This document shows, piece after piece, positions 22,773-32,240 of a stretch of DNA of 64,000 nucleotides. The position numbers and the translations under genes were made by a program. Below the pieces are notes generated by a model. That model saw only the letters and a list, made by a program, of their open reading frames with translations. It did no database searches and was not told where the DNA came from. Location: NCBI GenBank assembly GCA_963830935.1, contig CAWHOC010000012.1, positions 4,475 to 68,474 on the forward strand. The letters run 5' to 3'. How positions within the stretch are numbered: position 1 is the first letter of the stretch; the number at the start of each line of letters is the position of its first letter. The stretch is from an uncultured bacterium (GTDB lineage Bacteria; Patescibacteriota; Minisyncoccia; UBA6257; 2-01-FULL-56-20).

Positions 22773-23489
22773 ATGCCCGCTCGTTCTACTATCAAGAAGG
22801 GAGTCGCGCTGGGATTTTTTGTTTTCTTTGGCGTCCTTTTCTTTTCGCTCAAAGGGGCAAGTGCCCAGACCGCATCGTCGCCACAATTTTTATTGACCTG
22901 GAAGGCCTCGAATAGTTATGTCCCCGCGTTCTATCAAGGGAAGGCGTTGCCCGGTTCGCCCGGGTCACAAATTACGGCGTCAGTGGAGTTGGTCTCCAAT
23001 GGAAAGCTCGTTAATTTGAGTTCTCAAAATATTTATTGGTACGAGGATGAGGTGCTGGTGGGAGGAGGGCCCGGCGTGCAACAGGTGACATTTTCTCCAT
23101 TCGGGGAGCCGCCCAGTACATTAATTTTGGACGTGGAAATTCCTCAGTACAGCGGCGGCTATCTTACCCACACGGTCGATATCCCGTTCGTGAGGCCCCA
23201 GGCGGTGATCTACGCCCCTTATCCCAATCAAGAATTTTCCACCAACCTCCTTGCGGTCCAGGGGCTTCCGTATTTCTTCTACGCAACATCGACGAATAAT
23301 CTTGTATTCAAATGGTCGGTCAACGGCCAAACCGGATCGAATCAGGAAAATCCGGATGTGGCGGAGATCACGCTCCCGCCGGGGACTCCGGGCGGAACAA
23401 GCTTTGGTGTTTCCCTTTCTATCAGTAACCCCTCCGGATCCACGGTCGCGACCGCGAACCAGGACTTTACATTCCAGAACCAGCTATGA
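22773..23489 (+). CDS. secreted hypothetical protein (signal peptide, beta-rich)
   Basis: Intact 238-aa ORF with 'ALGFFVFFGVLFFSLKGASAQ'. Its stop overlaps the next start (ATGA). Confidence 0.55.
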   Translation: MPARSTIKKGVALGFFVFFGVLFFSLKGASAQTASSPQFLLTWKASNSYVPAFYQGKALPGSPGSQITASVELVSNGKLVNLSSQNIYWYEDEVLVGGGPGVQQVTFSPFGEPPSTLILDVEIPQYSGGYLTHTVDIPFVRPQAVIYAPYPNQEFSTNLLAVQGLPYFFYATSTNNLVFKWSVNGQTGSNQENPDVAEITLPPGTPGGTSFGVSLSISNPSGSTVATANQDFTFQNQL

Positions 23490-23937
23490 TGCACTCTCTT
23501 TTTCTCGTAGCGCACGCGGTCACGATAAGCACTGCCATCCCCGGCAGCAATCTGAATAGCACCTCCACCGCCCCCGGGGCATACATCGCCAACTTCTATC
23601 AGTTCGCATTGTTGATAGGAGGGATCCTTGCCTTTGGCGCCATCGTATTTGGAGGCATCAAGTATGTGGCGTCCGCAGGCAATCCTTCCGCGCAAAGTGA
23701 TGGAAAGGAATGGATCTGGGGAGCCCTTATCGGACTGCTGCTCTTGCTGGAGTATATCTGATCCTGCAGGTGATCAATCCCCAGTTGCTCAACCTGAACC
23801 TGCCGACGTTGAATGCGATCACGGCGGCGAACAATACACAATCTGGGGCAGGTGGGGGAGCGGCTGCGTGTGGAAGCGGGAGCACTGACCCTAACTGCAC
23901 CTGTCCTACCGGACAATCTCCACAAGCCCAGCGGTGA
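23486..23937 (+). CDS. TrbC/VirB2-like T4SS pilin (frame break ~23745)
   Basis: 'ANFYQFALLIGGILAFGAIVFGGIKYVASAGNPSAQSDGKEWIWGALIGLLLL' continues in another frame as 'AGVYLILQVINPQLLNLNLP'. This is the two-helix pilin pattern common in CPR T4SS-like loci. Confidence 0.6.
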
Positions 23938-24116
23938 AGGACGGGGGGAAAGAGATAACTGACTATATCTGTGGAACTGGAGGTGGGGGTGGGGGGGGAG
24001 GGCAATACACGTGCAGCGGAACTACTTCCGGCACTTGCGCACCGGGGCAAACATGCCAGTCCACAAATTTCACTTCGGCGAGCGGAGTCGTCACAAAACT
24101 ATACTATTGCGGGTAG
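23934..24116 (+). CDS. Cys/Gly-rich small ORF, possibly the C-terminal extension of the pilin
   Basis: 60-aa ORF (GTG start) 'ICGTGGGGGGGGQYTCSGTTSGTCAPGQTC'. It abuts the pilin ORF with a 1-nt frame offset. Confidence 0.3.
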   Translation: MKDGGKEITDYICGTGGGGGGGGQYTCSGTTSGTCAPGQTCQSTNFTSASGVVTKLYYCG

Positions 24117-24140
24117 GCCAATACAAACACGATTAAAATT

Positions 24141-25484
24141 ATGAAACGCTATATTTATATCATCATCGGCATCGTGGTCGCGGCAGTGATAATCATCCTG
24201 GTTCTTTTCCTTATTAAAAACCGCGCGGCTGGCCCTTCTCTCGTCACATCAGGGACCGGTTCATTGCCCGCTACCGGCGCTCAAGGCAGCGGCAGCTCGT
24301 CGCCGGCGGGAAGCGGAGGGACGGCGTGTGGCGCCAGCCCAATTGGCCTTTCTCCTATAACCGGAAGCAGCACGCCCACCACCACGAGCGGACAAATGGC
24401 CGTGCAAAGTTTTGGCGTTCTTTCAAGCAATCCGGTCATTGATTATTTTGTTGACTCACATAACACCATCACCGCAATCGAGCCGACAGGGGAGGTATTC
24501 ACGGTCTCAAGTGGACAGTCTACGATAGTGAACTCTTCAACGATCGACAATATTATTTCCGCAAAGTTTTCTTACGACGGAAAGAAAATACTGGTAAGCT
24601 ATGGCGATCCCTCCAACCCACAAGCGGGGGTTTTTGATGTGGCGACCAACGCGTGGACATCCCTCCCTCAGGGTATGATATCTCCAGAGTGGGCTCCTCT
24701 TAATACGTATCAGATCGCATACCTCGTAACGACCAATAGTGGAAAGCTCGCACTCGCGACCATGGATGCGGCAAATCTTAAGATCGCTCCCTCCGCGCTG
24801 CTTTCACTCAACGCGAGCGACCTTACCCTCCAGTGGCCGTCAAAGACCGAATTCATTCTTTCTGACCGACCGACGGCACAAAGCCCCGGATCCATATGGG
24901 CGTTTAATTCTCAAACCGGAGGATTTTCTTCAATTCTGTATGGGGTAGATGGAGCGGAGAGCATGTGGAGCAATAACTCAACATTCCCTTATGGCCTCTT
25001 ATTCTTTAATGGGAATAGTGGGAACACCCTGGAGCTACAGGCGCTTTCAGGAAATCTCCCCACCGAATCTCTTACGTTCGCCACGCTTCCGTCAAAATGT
25101 GTATTTAATACGGAATCGATGCCTATCGCCTCATCCAGCACTTCAACAACTGCCGCCACATCGACGCCTTCTTCCACCACAAAGAAAGCCCCTGCGCCGG
25201 CCAAAAACTCTCCGACATCAACCCCGTATCTCGCCCTCTATTGTGGCGTTCCGCGCGGCTCAAGCGGATTCTCTTCGGCACATCTTCCGGACGACTACAA
25301 TATGATGGCTCTTTTCACTTCGGATGACCTCTATAAGGTAAACACGCAGACAGGGGCGGTGCAGTCGCTCTGGAGCGACGCGACGCAGAACGTGGATGTC
25401 TCGGATGTAAAGTTTGCGAACAACGCGCTCTTCTTCGTCAACCGTTACGATCAGAAACTGTACGGGCTTACATTCACAAATTAA
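24141..25484 (+). CDS. N-terminally anchored hypothetical protein, beta-propeller-like body; last gene of the T4SS-like operon
   Basis: Intact 447-aa ORF with TM helix 'YIYIIIGIVVAAVIIILVLFLI', a Ser/Thr/Gly linker and repetitive beta-strand-like segments. Confidence 0.6.
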   Translation: MKRYIYIIIGIVVAAVIIILVLFLIKNRAAGPSLVTSGTGSLPATGAQGSGSSSPAGSGGTACGASPIGLSPITGSSTPTTTSGQMAVQSFGVLSSNPVIDYFVDSHNTITAIEPTGEVFTVSSGQSTIVNSSTIDNIISAKFSYDGKKILVSYGDPSNPQAGVFDVATNAWTSLPQGMISPEWAPLNTYQIAYLVTTNSGKLALATMDAANLKIAPSALLSLNASDLTLQWPSKTEFILSDRPTAQSPGSIWAFNSQTGGFSSILYGVDGAESMWSNNSTFPYGLLFFNGNSGNTLELQALSGNLPTESLTFATLPSKCVFNTESMPIASSSTSTTAATSTPSSTTKKAPAPAKNSPTSTPYLALYCGVPRGSSGFSSAHLPDDYNMMALFTSDDLYKVNTQTGAVQSLWSDATQNVDVSDVKFANNALFFVNRYDQKLYGLTFTN

Positions 25485-25539
25485 AAAGCTTGCTGTTCGC
25501 CTCCAGGCAGATGACCGTTCGGCGAACAGCAAGCTTTTT
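25483..25539. terminator. bidirectional hairpin, copy A of the conserved-core hairpin family
   Basis: AAAAAGCTTGCTG / CAGCAAGCTTTTT arms around the core TTCGCCTCCAGGCAGATGACCGTTCGGCGAA (25496..25526), which is the reverse complement of the core in copies B and C. Confidence 0.55.
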
Positions 25540-25544
25540 AATTT

Positions 25545-25979
25545 TTATATGATGGGCTTAATTATTACGTAGCGTTCTTTCCCTTCGCCGGCGCTTTCTG
25601 TTTTCACTTCGGGGTGTAGAGCGAGCTCCATGTGCACGAGGCGCCGCTCGTATGAGTTCATCGCGGGAAGCGCGACCTCCGTCTTGGTTCCTGCCGCTTT
25701 TTTCGCCGCCGCTCGTGCGAGCTCTCCGATCAACCGCTCGCGGTCGTGCCGGTAATTATTAACGTCGAGAAATATCGCCTCGGTCTGATTTTTTTTGGCG
25801 ACCATCTGTAAAATATGATTGACCGCGTCCACGATCGCGGGAAGGTTCTCTTTCACCATCTCCTGGTCCTCATAAATGAATACCGATCCGCGGCGCTCGT
25901 CCATCTTGATCTCCAAATGATAATCGGCGAACCCGATAAGGTCGAAGGTTTTTTTAATGTATGATTCCCAATTGTCCAT
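25545..25979 (-). CDS. jag: Jag/KhpB-like RNA-binding protein (KH + R3H)
   Basis: 'LPAMNSYERRLVHMELALHPEVKTESAGEGKERYVII' is an R3H motif. Conserved position downstream of yidC. Confidence 0.75.
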   Translation of the reverse strand: MDNWESYIKKTFDLIGFADYHLEIKMDERRGSVFIYEDQEMVKENLPAIVDAVNHILQMVAKKNQTEAIFLDVNNYRHDRERLIGELARAAAKKAAGTKTEVALPAMNSYERRLVHMELALHPEVKTESAGEGKERYVIIKPII

Positions 25980-26030
25980 GTATTCCCGTTATCATTCCAT
26001 ATTTTACGTACAAAATCAAGCGAGGCGCAT

Positions 26031-26084
26031 AAAATATCCGTTCCGCCGGAACGATCATCTGCCTGGAGGCGAAGCGGATATTTT
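26031..26084. terminator. hairpin, copy B of the conserved-core family (downstream of yidC)
   Basis: AAAATATCCG / CGGATATTTT arms around TTCCGCCGGAACGATCATCTGCCTGGAGGCGAA. Confidence 0.5.
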
Positions 26085-26099
26085 GTCGCGTGCGATACT

Positions 26100-26813
26100 T
26101 TACGCGCCGAATTTCTTCTGCAGATGCTTGTTCACGAAATACTGCTGGATGGCGGAGAAGAGCGCGCTCATGAACCAATATAAGCTGAGCGCCGCAGGGA
26201 AATTATAAAATACGAGGATGGTGATGACGGGGCCGACAAACACCATCTGCCGCGCGATCTTTTCCGCTTGCGTCGGCGCGGCGGTGTTGGATGGGTTGCG
26301 ATAGATGGCGAGGCGCGCCTGAAGAAATTGCGCGAGCGCGGCGGCGAAGATGAGAATGAGGTTCGGCTTCGCGAGGTCGACGAAGGTAAGGAAGATGGTG
26401 TTGATGTGTTGTGGCGCGGCGATGAACGAGTAGAGTCCGGTGATCTCGGCGGTGCCGACGCCGGAGCGGATCACCCAATAGAACGTGAGGAGGATCGGGA
26501 TCTGTATGATGAGCAGTAATATGCCGGAGAACGGATTGACGCCGTGCTCTTTATAGAGCTCCATCAGCGCTTTCGCCTGCTGATCGCGATCGTTCTTATG
26601 TTTGGTCTGAATATCTTTTATCTTTGGCTGGATCCTCTGCATCAACATCTGCTGCTTCGCACCGGTGTGGAAGAACGGATAGAGGACGAGCCGGATGAAA
26701 AGGGTTACCAATATGATCGCGATGCCGAGGTCGTGGAACCCGATTGTGTTATAGAAAAAAATAAGGAGGTTGAGGATCGGCCGATAAAGGATCTGTTGAT
26801 AAAGATATACCAT
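26100..26813 (-). CDS. yidC: membrane protein insertase YidC (short form)
   Basis: Intact 237-aa ORF in the conserved rpmH-rnpA-yidC-jag order. Multi-TM, with 'ELYKEHGVNPFSG'. Confidence 0.85.
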   Translation of the reverse strand: MVYLYQQILYRPILNLLIFFYNTIGFHDLGIAIILVTLFIRLVLYPFFHTGAKQQMLMQRIQPKIKDIQTKHKNDRDQQAKALMELYKEHGVNPFSGILLLIIQIPILLTFYWVIRSGVGTAEITGLYSFIAAPQHINTIFLTFVDLAKPNLILIFAAALAQFLQARLAIYRNPSNTAAPTQAEKIARQMVFVGPVITILVFYNFPAALSLYWFMSALFSAIQQYFVNKHLQKKFGA

Positions 26814-26819
26814 GGGTTT

Positions 26820-27140
26820 TTATTTTGGTCGGTTTTTTGCGAGCGCTTTTGTAAGCTCTTCCTGAAATTGCTTTTTCGTCAGCCGGTTCACTCCTGGCAA
26901 AACTATCATAAGGATATCACTTCCTGCGTCTGCCTGTGGCGCAAGCCCATGGAGCGCCTGGCGCTTCCAAAAATTCCTTTTTACTGCGGTTTTATGCACG
27001 GAAGTTCCCACCACCACCCCGATCCTCGTGCTGGCCCCATTGTTCTTTTTTGTTTTTAGTAGAAAAAATGGGGTTGGGGTTGTTTTATAGCCCCGCACGC
27101 GGAACTGATCCGACGGAAGCCGCGCTATTTTTGTGGCCAT
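26820..27140 (-). CDS. rnpA: ribonuclease P protein component
   Basis: 106-aa basic protein between rpmH and yidC, with 'GVVVGTSVHKTAVKRNFWKR'. Confidence 0.75.
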   Translation of the reverse strand: MATKIARLPSDQFRVRGYKTTPTPFFLLKTKKNNGASTRIGVVVGTSVHKTAVKRNFWKRQALHGLAPQADAGSDILMIVLPGVNRLTKKQFQEELTKALAKNRPK

Positions 27141-27158
27141 AGCGGCAAAATACCCTTT

Positions 27159-27293
27159 TTAAACGCTCAATTTCCGCCTTCCCTTCGCGCGGCGGCGCGA
27201 GAGCACGCGGCGGCCCGTAGGCGTGGCCTGGCGGACCAAAAACCCGTGGGTCGTCTTCCTTTTTTTCTTTTTGGGATTGTATGTGAACGACAT
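27159..27293 (-). CDS. rpmH: 50S ribosomal protein L34
   Basis: '[44 protein letters not shown]', starting at the internal ATG 27293 of track ORF 27159..27440. Confidence 0.9.
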   Translation of the reverse strand: MSFTYNPKKKKRKTTHGFLVRQATPTGRRVLSRRRAKGRRKLSV

Positions 27294-27461
27294 TCCCCGA
27301 TGATACCACGCCATTTTTAAAAAGCAAAATTGTTTTTTGCGCCGGTTTTGCGTTCTCCCCACGTTCTCCCCAGGAAGAGAACTTTCGCGCCCTTCCCGGC
27401 CCTTTGACTTGTGTGAAAGAAGAGATAATAATGAATCCACAAACTTAATTAATTTTTAATC

Positions 27462-28816
27462 ATGGACCTTGAACAAATGTGGCAGTCGACGTTGGGGGAG
27501 ATGGAGGTTCAACTGACGAAGGCACACTTTGCAACCTGGTTAAAAAATAGCCGGCCGATCGACAAGAAGGATGATACGCTGTTCGTCGCACTCCAAAGCA
27601 ACTTCGCGAAGACGTGGGTGGAGGAAAAATATCAAAAGAACATCATCGGCATCGTCCGCAATATGGACACGTCGGTCAAAAAGATAGAGTTCGTGGTGGG
27701 GAATAAGAACATTCCAGTCAGCAGGCCTTCTTTGGACGCAAAAGATGAACCGAACAGCGCCGCAGCGGAGCTCGATTTCAATAAGACCGACCCGGAGACG
27801 GGGCTGAACCCTAAATATACCCTGGCGTCTTTTGTTGTTGGCCCGTCGAACGAGCTTGCGTTCGCCGCCGCGACCGCCATCACGGACGGTCCCGGGAAAA
27901 AATATAATCCTTTCTTTGTATACGGCGGCGTCGGCCTCGGCAAGACGCATCTCATCCAGGCGATCGGCAATGAGATCGTCACGAAGTATAAAAACAAAAT
28001 AAAACCAAAATATGTTTCCTCGGAACAGTTCACGCGCGACATCGTCTGGGGGTTGCGCAACGACCGGATCGAGAGCGTAAAGAAAAAATATCGAGATGTC
28101 GACGTATTGATCATCGATGACATCCAATTCATCGGCGGGAAGGAAAAGACGGAGGAAGAATTCTTTCACACCTTCAACGCGCTCTATGAAAGCAATAAAC
28201 AGATTATTATTTCGTCTGACCGGCCGCCACAGTCGCTGCCAACCCTCCAGGAACGCCTCCGCTCGCGCTTTGAAGGCGGGCTTATCGCCGATGTGTCCTA
28301 CCCGGAGTACGAGATGCGTGTGGCTATTATCCGAAGCAAGCTCCAGGAGATGAACCGGAAGCTCTCCGACCAGGTGATAGACCTCATCGCAAAGAAGCTC
28401 CGCAAGAACATCCGCGAGTTGGAGGGGGTACTCAAAAAGATCATATTTTATGAGGAACGGAAGCAGACCGAGATCAGTATAAAGATGGCGGAGGAGATCA
28501 TAGAAAAGGCGACCCAAAACCTTTCAAAGAGGGTGAATGACTCGCAGATATTGAAGGCGGTCGCGGAGTTCTTTAGTATCACCGTAGAGGACCTTGTGAG
28601 CCATAACCGGCGCAAGGAAGTGGTGGAGCCGCGCCAGATCGCGATCTATCTTCTTCGGGATATCTCCGACCTTTCCTATCCGTATATTGGTGAGAAGCTG
28701 GGAGAGATCACACCACCGCGATCCACTCCTATGAAAAGATCAACAATGAGATCAACAGAAATCCGGCACTTAATCAAAAGATATTAACAATAAAAGATAT
28801 AATTTATAAGAGTTAA
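27462..28816 (+). CDS. dnaA: chromosomal replication initiator DnaA (frame break ~28700 at a G-run)
   Basis: 'FVYGGVGLGKTHL', 'LIIDDIQFIGGKEKTEEEFFHTFN'. The true C-terminus 'GRDHTTAIHSYEKINNEI...' is in the next frame and ends at TAA 28814..28816. Confidence 0.9.
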
Positions 28817-28948
28817 TCCCATCGCTATCCACATAGGATATCCAATACAAAGCATACTGGTATTGAATAATAAAAAGTTATCCACTAAAAATCCATTACC
28901 AACAACAACTCTTATAAAAAGTATTTAAATATAATCTATAATTAAGAG
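28817..28948. other. candidate oriC (dnaA-dnaN intergenic): AT-rich with DnaA boxes
   Basis: cTATCCACA at 28825..28833 and TTATCCACt at 28878..28886, followed by a very AT-rich stretch ATAAAAAGTATTTAAATATAATCTATAATTAAG. Confidence 0.5.
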
Positions 28949-30062
28949 ATGAAATTTATCGCGATACGGGCAAATATCAAAGACGCTGTTTCTGTGATTG
29001 AGAAGGCGGTGGGGGAAAATACCAACCTCCCAATACTAAAAAATATCCTCATTGAGGCGGAGGATAATACAATTATATTTACCGCCACAAACCTAGAGGT
29101 TGCGATAGCACACCGGGTTGCGGGAAAAGTGATTGAGAATGGAAAGCTTACCGTCCCACTGGCACTTTTCTCGAGCTTAATTGGGAATATCCAAAGTGAC
29201 CGGCTAAATTTCGAGAAGAAAGAGAATAACCTCGAGATCGCCACGGATAATTACAGCGCGACGATCAATGGGATGCCCGCCGATGATTTTCCTATTACGC
29301 CAAAAATAAAAAATACCGAGAGCTATATCGAGATAAAAAATGTCTTCCTCAAAGAAGCCATCCAGCAGGTCACGGTTGCGTCGCAATATTCCGATCTGCG
29401 GCCGGAGTTGAACAGCGTCCTATTCAACTTCTCACTCGAGAGCTTAGTGCTGGCGTCAACCGACGGATTCCGTCTCGCGGAAAAATCCATACCCTCAAGC
29501 GCTTTCGGCGACGAAGAAAAAAGAACCATTTAGAATGCTTGTGCCCCTCCGGACCGCCCTTGAGGTCGCGCGGATCATGCGGGACGAAGAAATGGTGCGG
29601 ATCTATCAGGATGAGAATCAGGTATTATTCAAAACCGACCAGACCGAGATGATCTCGCGCCTCGTGGAAGGCAGCTTCCCGGACTATTCCGCGATCGTGC
29701 CGCACGAGTTCGCCGCCGAGATCGTGGTAGAGCGGGACGAATTTATCAACGCGATAAAACTCGCCGGCGTCTTCGGGCAGAAGAACAGCGAGGTCAAGAT
29801 AAAGATCCATCAGAACAAAAAAGCGATAGAGATCAGTTCCGCGGACCAAGCGCTTGGTGAGAACAATCACATCCTCCCCGCAAAGATCAAAGGCGAGATC
29901 CCGGAAGTGTTTTTCAACTGGCGTTATCTCTCCGATCCAATAAAAGCGATCAAGACAGAAGATGTGTTCCTCGGCCTCCAAGAAGACGCGGGCCCGGCGC
30001 TCATCCGCTCCGTCAGCGATGCATCGTATTTCTACGTTCTTAAGCCGATATTAAAATCGTAA
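28949..30062 (+). CDS. dnaN: DNA polymerase III beta sliding clamp (frame break in the A6 run 29517..29522)
   Basis: ORFs 28949..29533 and 29535..30062. Reading through the A-run gives ...GDEEKKEPFRMLVPLRTALE.... Confidence 0.85.
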
Positions 30063-30071
30063 GTCGGTCGG

Positions 30072-32201
30072 CTAACCACCATAACCGTTCGCGAGCGCCC
30101 AGTTGTCGACGCCCGTCTCCCAATTATTATATTGGGGATCTATCGCGGGATTCGTCGGATCCGGCCCGTTCGGATCGCTCTTGTCGACGTAGTAGAGGAT
30201 GTCGTGTACTTGTCCGTTGATAACATATTGCCCACTAAGGGTCGGCTTGGTGGACGTCGTCGGGTTCGGCTGGATGAACGTCGTATTCGGCACTTCGGGA
30301 AGCGCCTGCGTCATGAAGGCGCTCCACATCGGGACCGCCGCGAGGATGCTCGAGCCCGCTTTTTGCATCGGCGCGTCGTTCGTGTTTCCCGCCCACACGC
30401 CGACGACGAGTGACGGGGTATAGCCCATTGCCCACGCATCAGTGTAGTTGTTTGATGTTCCGGTCTTCAGCGCCACGTCATAGCCGGGAAATACCGTCAG
30501 GTTCTGGCTCCCGCCCATAAGCGGCGCGCGCGCGGACGCATCCGAAAGAATATCATTGATAAGATTCACCGACTGCGCATCCGCCACTGTCGAGGTTTGG
30601 TCACTGTACGATTCAAGCGTGTTGCCATTCGCATCCTGCACGGAGAGGATCATGCTCTGCGCGTGCTTTACCCCCTGCTGTGAGAGCACCGAATATGCCT
30701 CAGTGAGATCGATGAGCTTCACCGCGCCGCCGCCCAACACCAACGAGAGCCCGTACTGCGACGGATCGGTCAGGGTGGTAAGGCCGAAATTGTAGGCGTT
30801 CTGGATGGCGTTCTGTTCGCCTACGAGATAAAGCATTTTTACCGCGGGGACGTTCACGGATTGCGCGAGCGCGTTGCGGATCGTGAGAGGACCGGCGAAC
30901 GTCCCTTCAAAATCTTGAGGATGGAAGCATTTGGTGTTCGTGGAATTATAATCGGGGACCGCGGGACACTGCGCGTTGATGCTGAATTCCGTCGGCACAT
31001 CGAAGAGAATCGTGTCCGGCGTATATCCCATCTGGAATGCGGTAAGATAGACAAATGGCTTGAGCGACGAGCCCGGCTGGCGCAGGCCTTGCGTCGCCAC
31101 ATCAAAATTGCCGTCATTCGAGGTGTCGAAGTAATCTGCCGACCCAACTAGTGCGAGAATTTGCCCCGTGGTCGGGTCCTGCGCCACCAGCGCGGCATTC
31201 GTCGCTTTATAGAGTTGCGTGTTGCGCGCGACGCCCGCCGTGACGGCGGCTTCCGCCTGCTGCTGCATCGTCCAGTTGAGCGTGGTGATCACCTTGAGGC
31301 CGCCGTTATCCACCTCGTTCTCGCCGTATTTCTGCACGAGATAATTTTCCACCGCCATCACGAAGTGCGGCGCGCGGATTCCCGACCCGCTCGCGGTCTG
31401 CGGCTGGAAGACGATTTTGAAGTTCTGCGCGGCGGTAAGCTGCGCTTTTGTGATCTTGCCGGTGTCGTACATCTGCTGGAGTACCAACTGCTGGCGTTGG
31501 AGCAGCTCCTTCACGTGCGTGCCGTACGGGGAATAATACGTTGGCGCCTGCGGGAGTGCGGCGAGCACGGCGCTCTGCGCGATATTGAGCTGTCCCACCG
31601 GTACGCCAAAATAATCCTGCGCTGCCTCGCCGACACCAGAGATATTCGGTCCATAGGGAACCTCGTTTAAATAGAGCGCGAGTATCTGGTCCTTTGAGTA
31701 ATATTCATTCAATTTGACCGCGAGAATGAACTCGCGGATCTTGCGCGAGACCGTCTGATCGAGTGTGAGAAACGCGGTGCGCGCAAGCTGTTGAGTGATC
31801 GTAGAGCCGCCCTCCGCAAATGAGTGGGTGGTAATGTCCACAAAGAGCGCGCGGAGGATCCCTTTTATATCAAACGCCGGCTCATTATAAAAATTCTGAT
31901 CCTCGATGGCGATCGTCGCATCCTTGACGCTCTGCGGAATCTGGTCGAACGGTACGAGCGTGCGGTGGTTGCCGTTGTCGATGTCGTACAACAGCACGGC
32001 GCCGGTGCGATCATAGATCTTCGTGGACTGGCCGATCTGCTGGCTGCCGATCTCCTGGATGGACGGCACGGTCTTCGCGAAATAAAGCACCGCGATCGAT
32101 ATCGCAATCACCAACACAACCACAACGACCCCGGCTATCTGGAGGATCTTGATATACCTCTTTTTTTTCTTCTTTGGAGACGGTCGGAAGTCGCTATTCA
32201 T
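30072..32201 (-). CDS. class A penicillin-binding protein (transglycosylase/transpeptidase)
   Basis: Intact 709-aa ORF with an N-terminal TM. GT51 motifs 'IAIEDQNFY' and 'GGSTITQQLAR'; transpeptidase motifs 'SSLKP' and 'KTGTS'. Confidence 0.85.
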   Translation of the reverse strand: MNSDFRPSPKKKKKRYIKILQIAGVVVVVLVIAISIAVLYFAKTVPSIQEIGSQQIGQSTKIYDRTGAVLLYDIDNGNHRTLVPFDQIPQSVKDATIAIEDQNFYNEPAFDIKGILRALFVDITTHSFAEGGSTITQQLARTAFLTLDQTVSRKIREFILAVKLNEYYSKDQILALYLNEVPYGPNISGVGEAAQDYFGVPVGQLNIAQSAVLAALPQAPTYYSPYGTHVKELLQRQQLVLQQMYDTGKITKAQLTAAQNFKIVFQPQTASGSGIRAPHFVMAVENYLVQKYGENEVDNGGLKVITTLNWTMQQQAEAAVTAGVARNTQLYKATNAALVAQDPTTGQILALVGSADYFDTSNDGNFDVATQGLRQPGSSLKPFVYLTAFQMGYTPDTILFDVPTEFSINAQCPAVPDYNSTNTKCFHPQDFEGTFAGPLTIRNALAQSVNVPAVKMLYLVGEQNAIQNAYNFGLTTLTDPSQYGLSLVLGGGAVKLIDLTEAYSVLSQQGVKHAQSMILSVQDANGNTLESYSDQTSTVADAQSVNLINDILSDASARAPLMGGSQNLTVFPGYDVALKTGTSNNYTDAWAMGYTPSLVVGVWAGNTNDAPMQKAGSSILAAVPMWSAFMTQALPEVPNTTFIQPNPTTSTKPTLSGQYVINGQVHDILYYVDKSDPNGPDPTNPAIDPQYNNWETGVDNWALANGYGG

Positions 32202-32240
32202 AAGTAAAACGCCTTCTTATTTTACCTCTTTTAAGGAAAT

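Noticed and set aside
23982-24003. G-run (GGAGGTGGGGGTGGGGGGGGAGGG) as a G-quadruplex or phase-variation tract
   Set aside because: It lies in frame and encodes a poly-Gly linker. No evidence of regulatory placement is available from a single sequence, and it is more relevant as an indel-error hot spot.
27540-28517. 325-aa minus ORF, plus similar long antisense ORFs (38413..39375, 6339..7083, 43059..43838, 55787..56680, 50829..51611, 62590..63288, 32273..33031)
   Set aside because: Each is antisense to a gene with strong homology (dnaA, pepF, nusA, gyrB, dus, ABC, infB, ruvC), and each has low-complexity Arg/Ser/Pro-rich composition.
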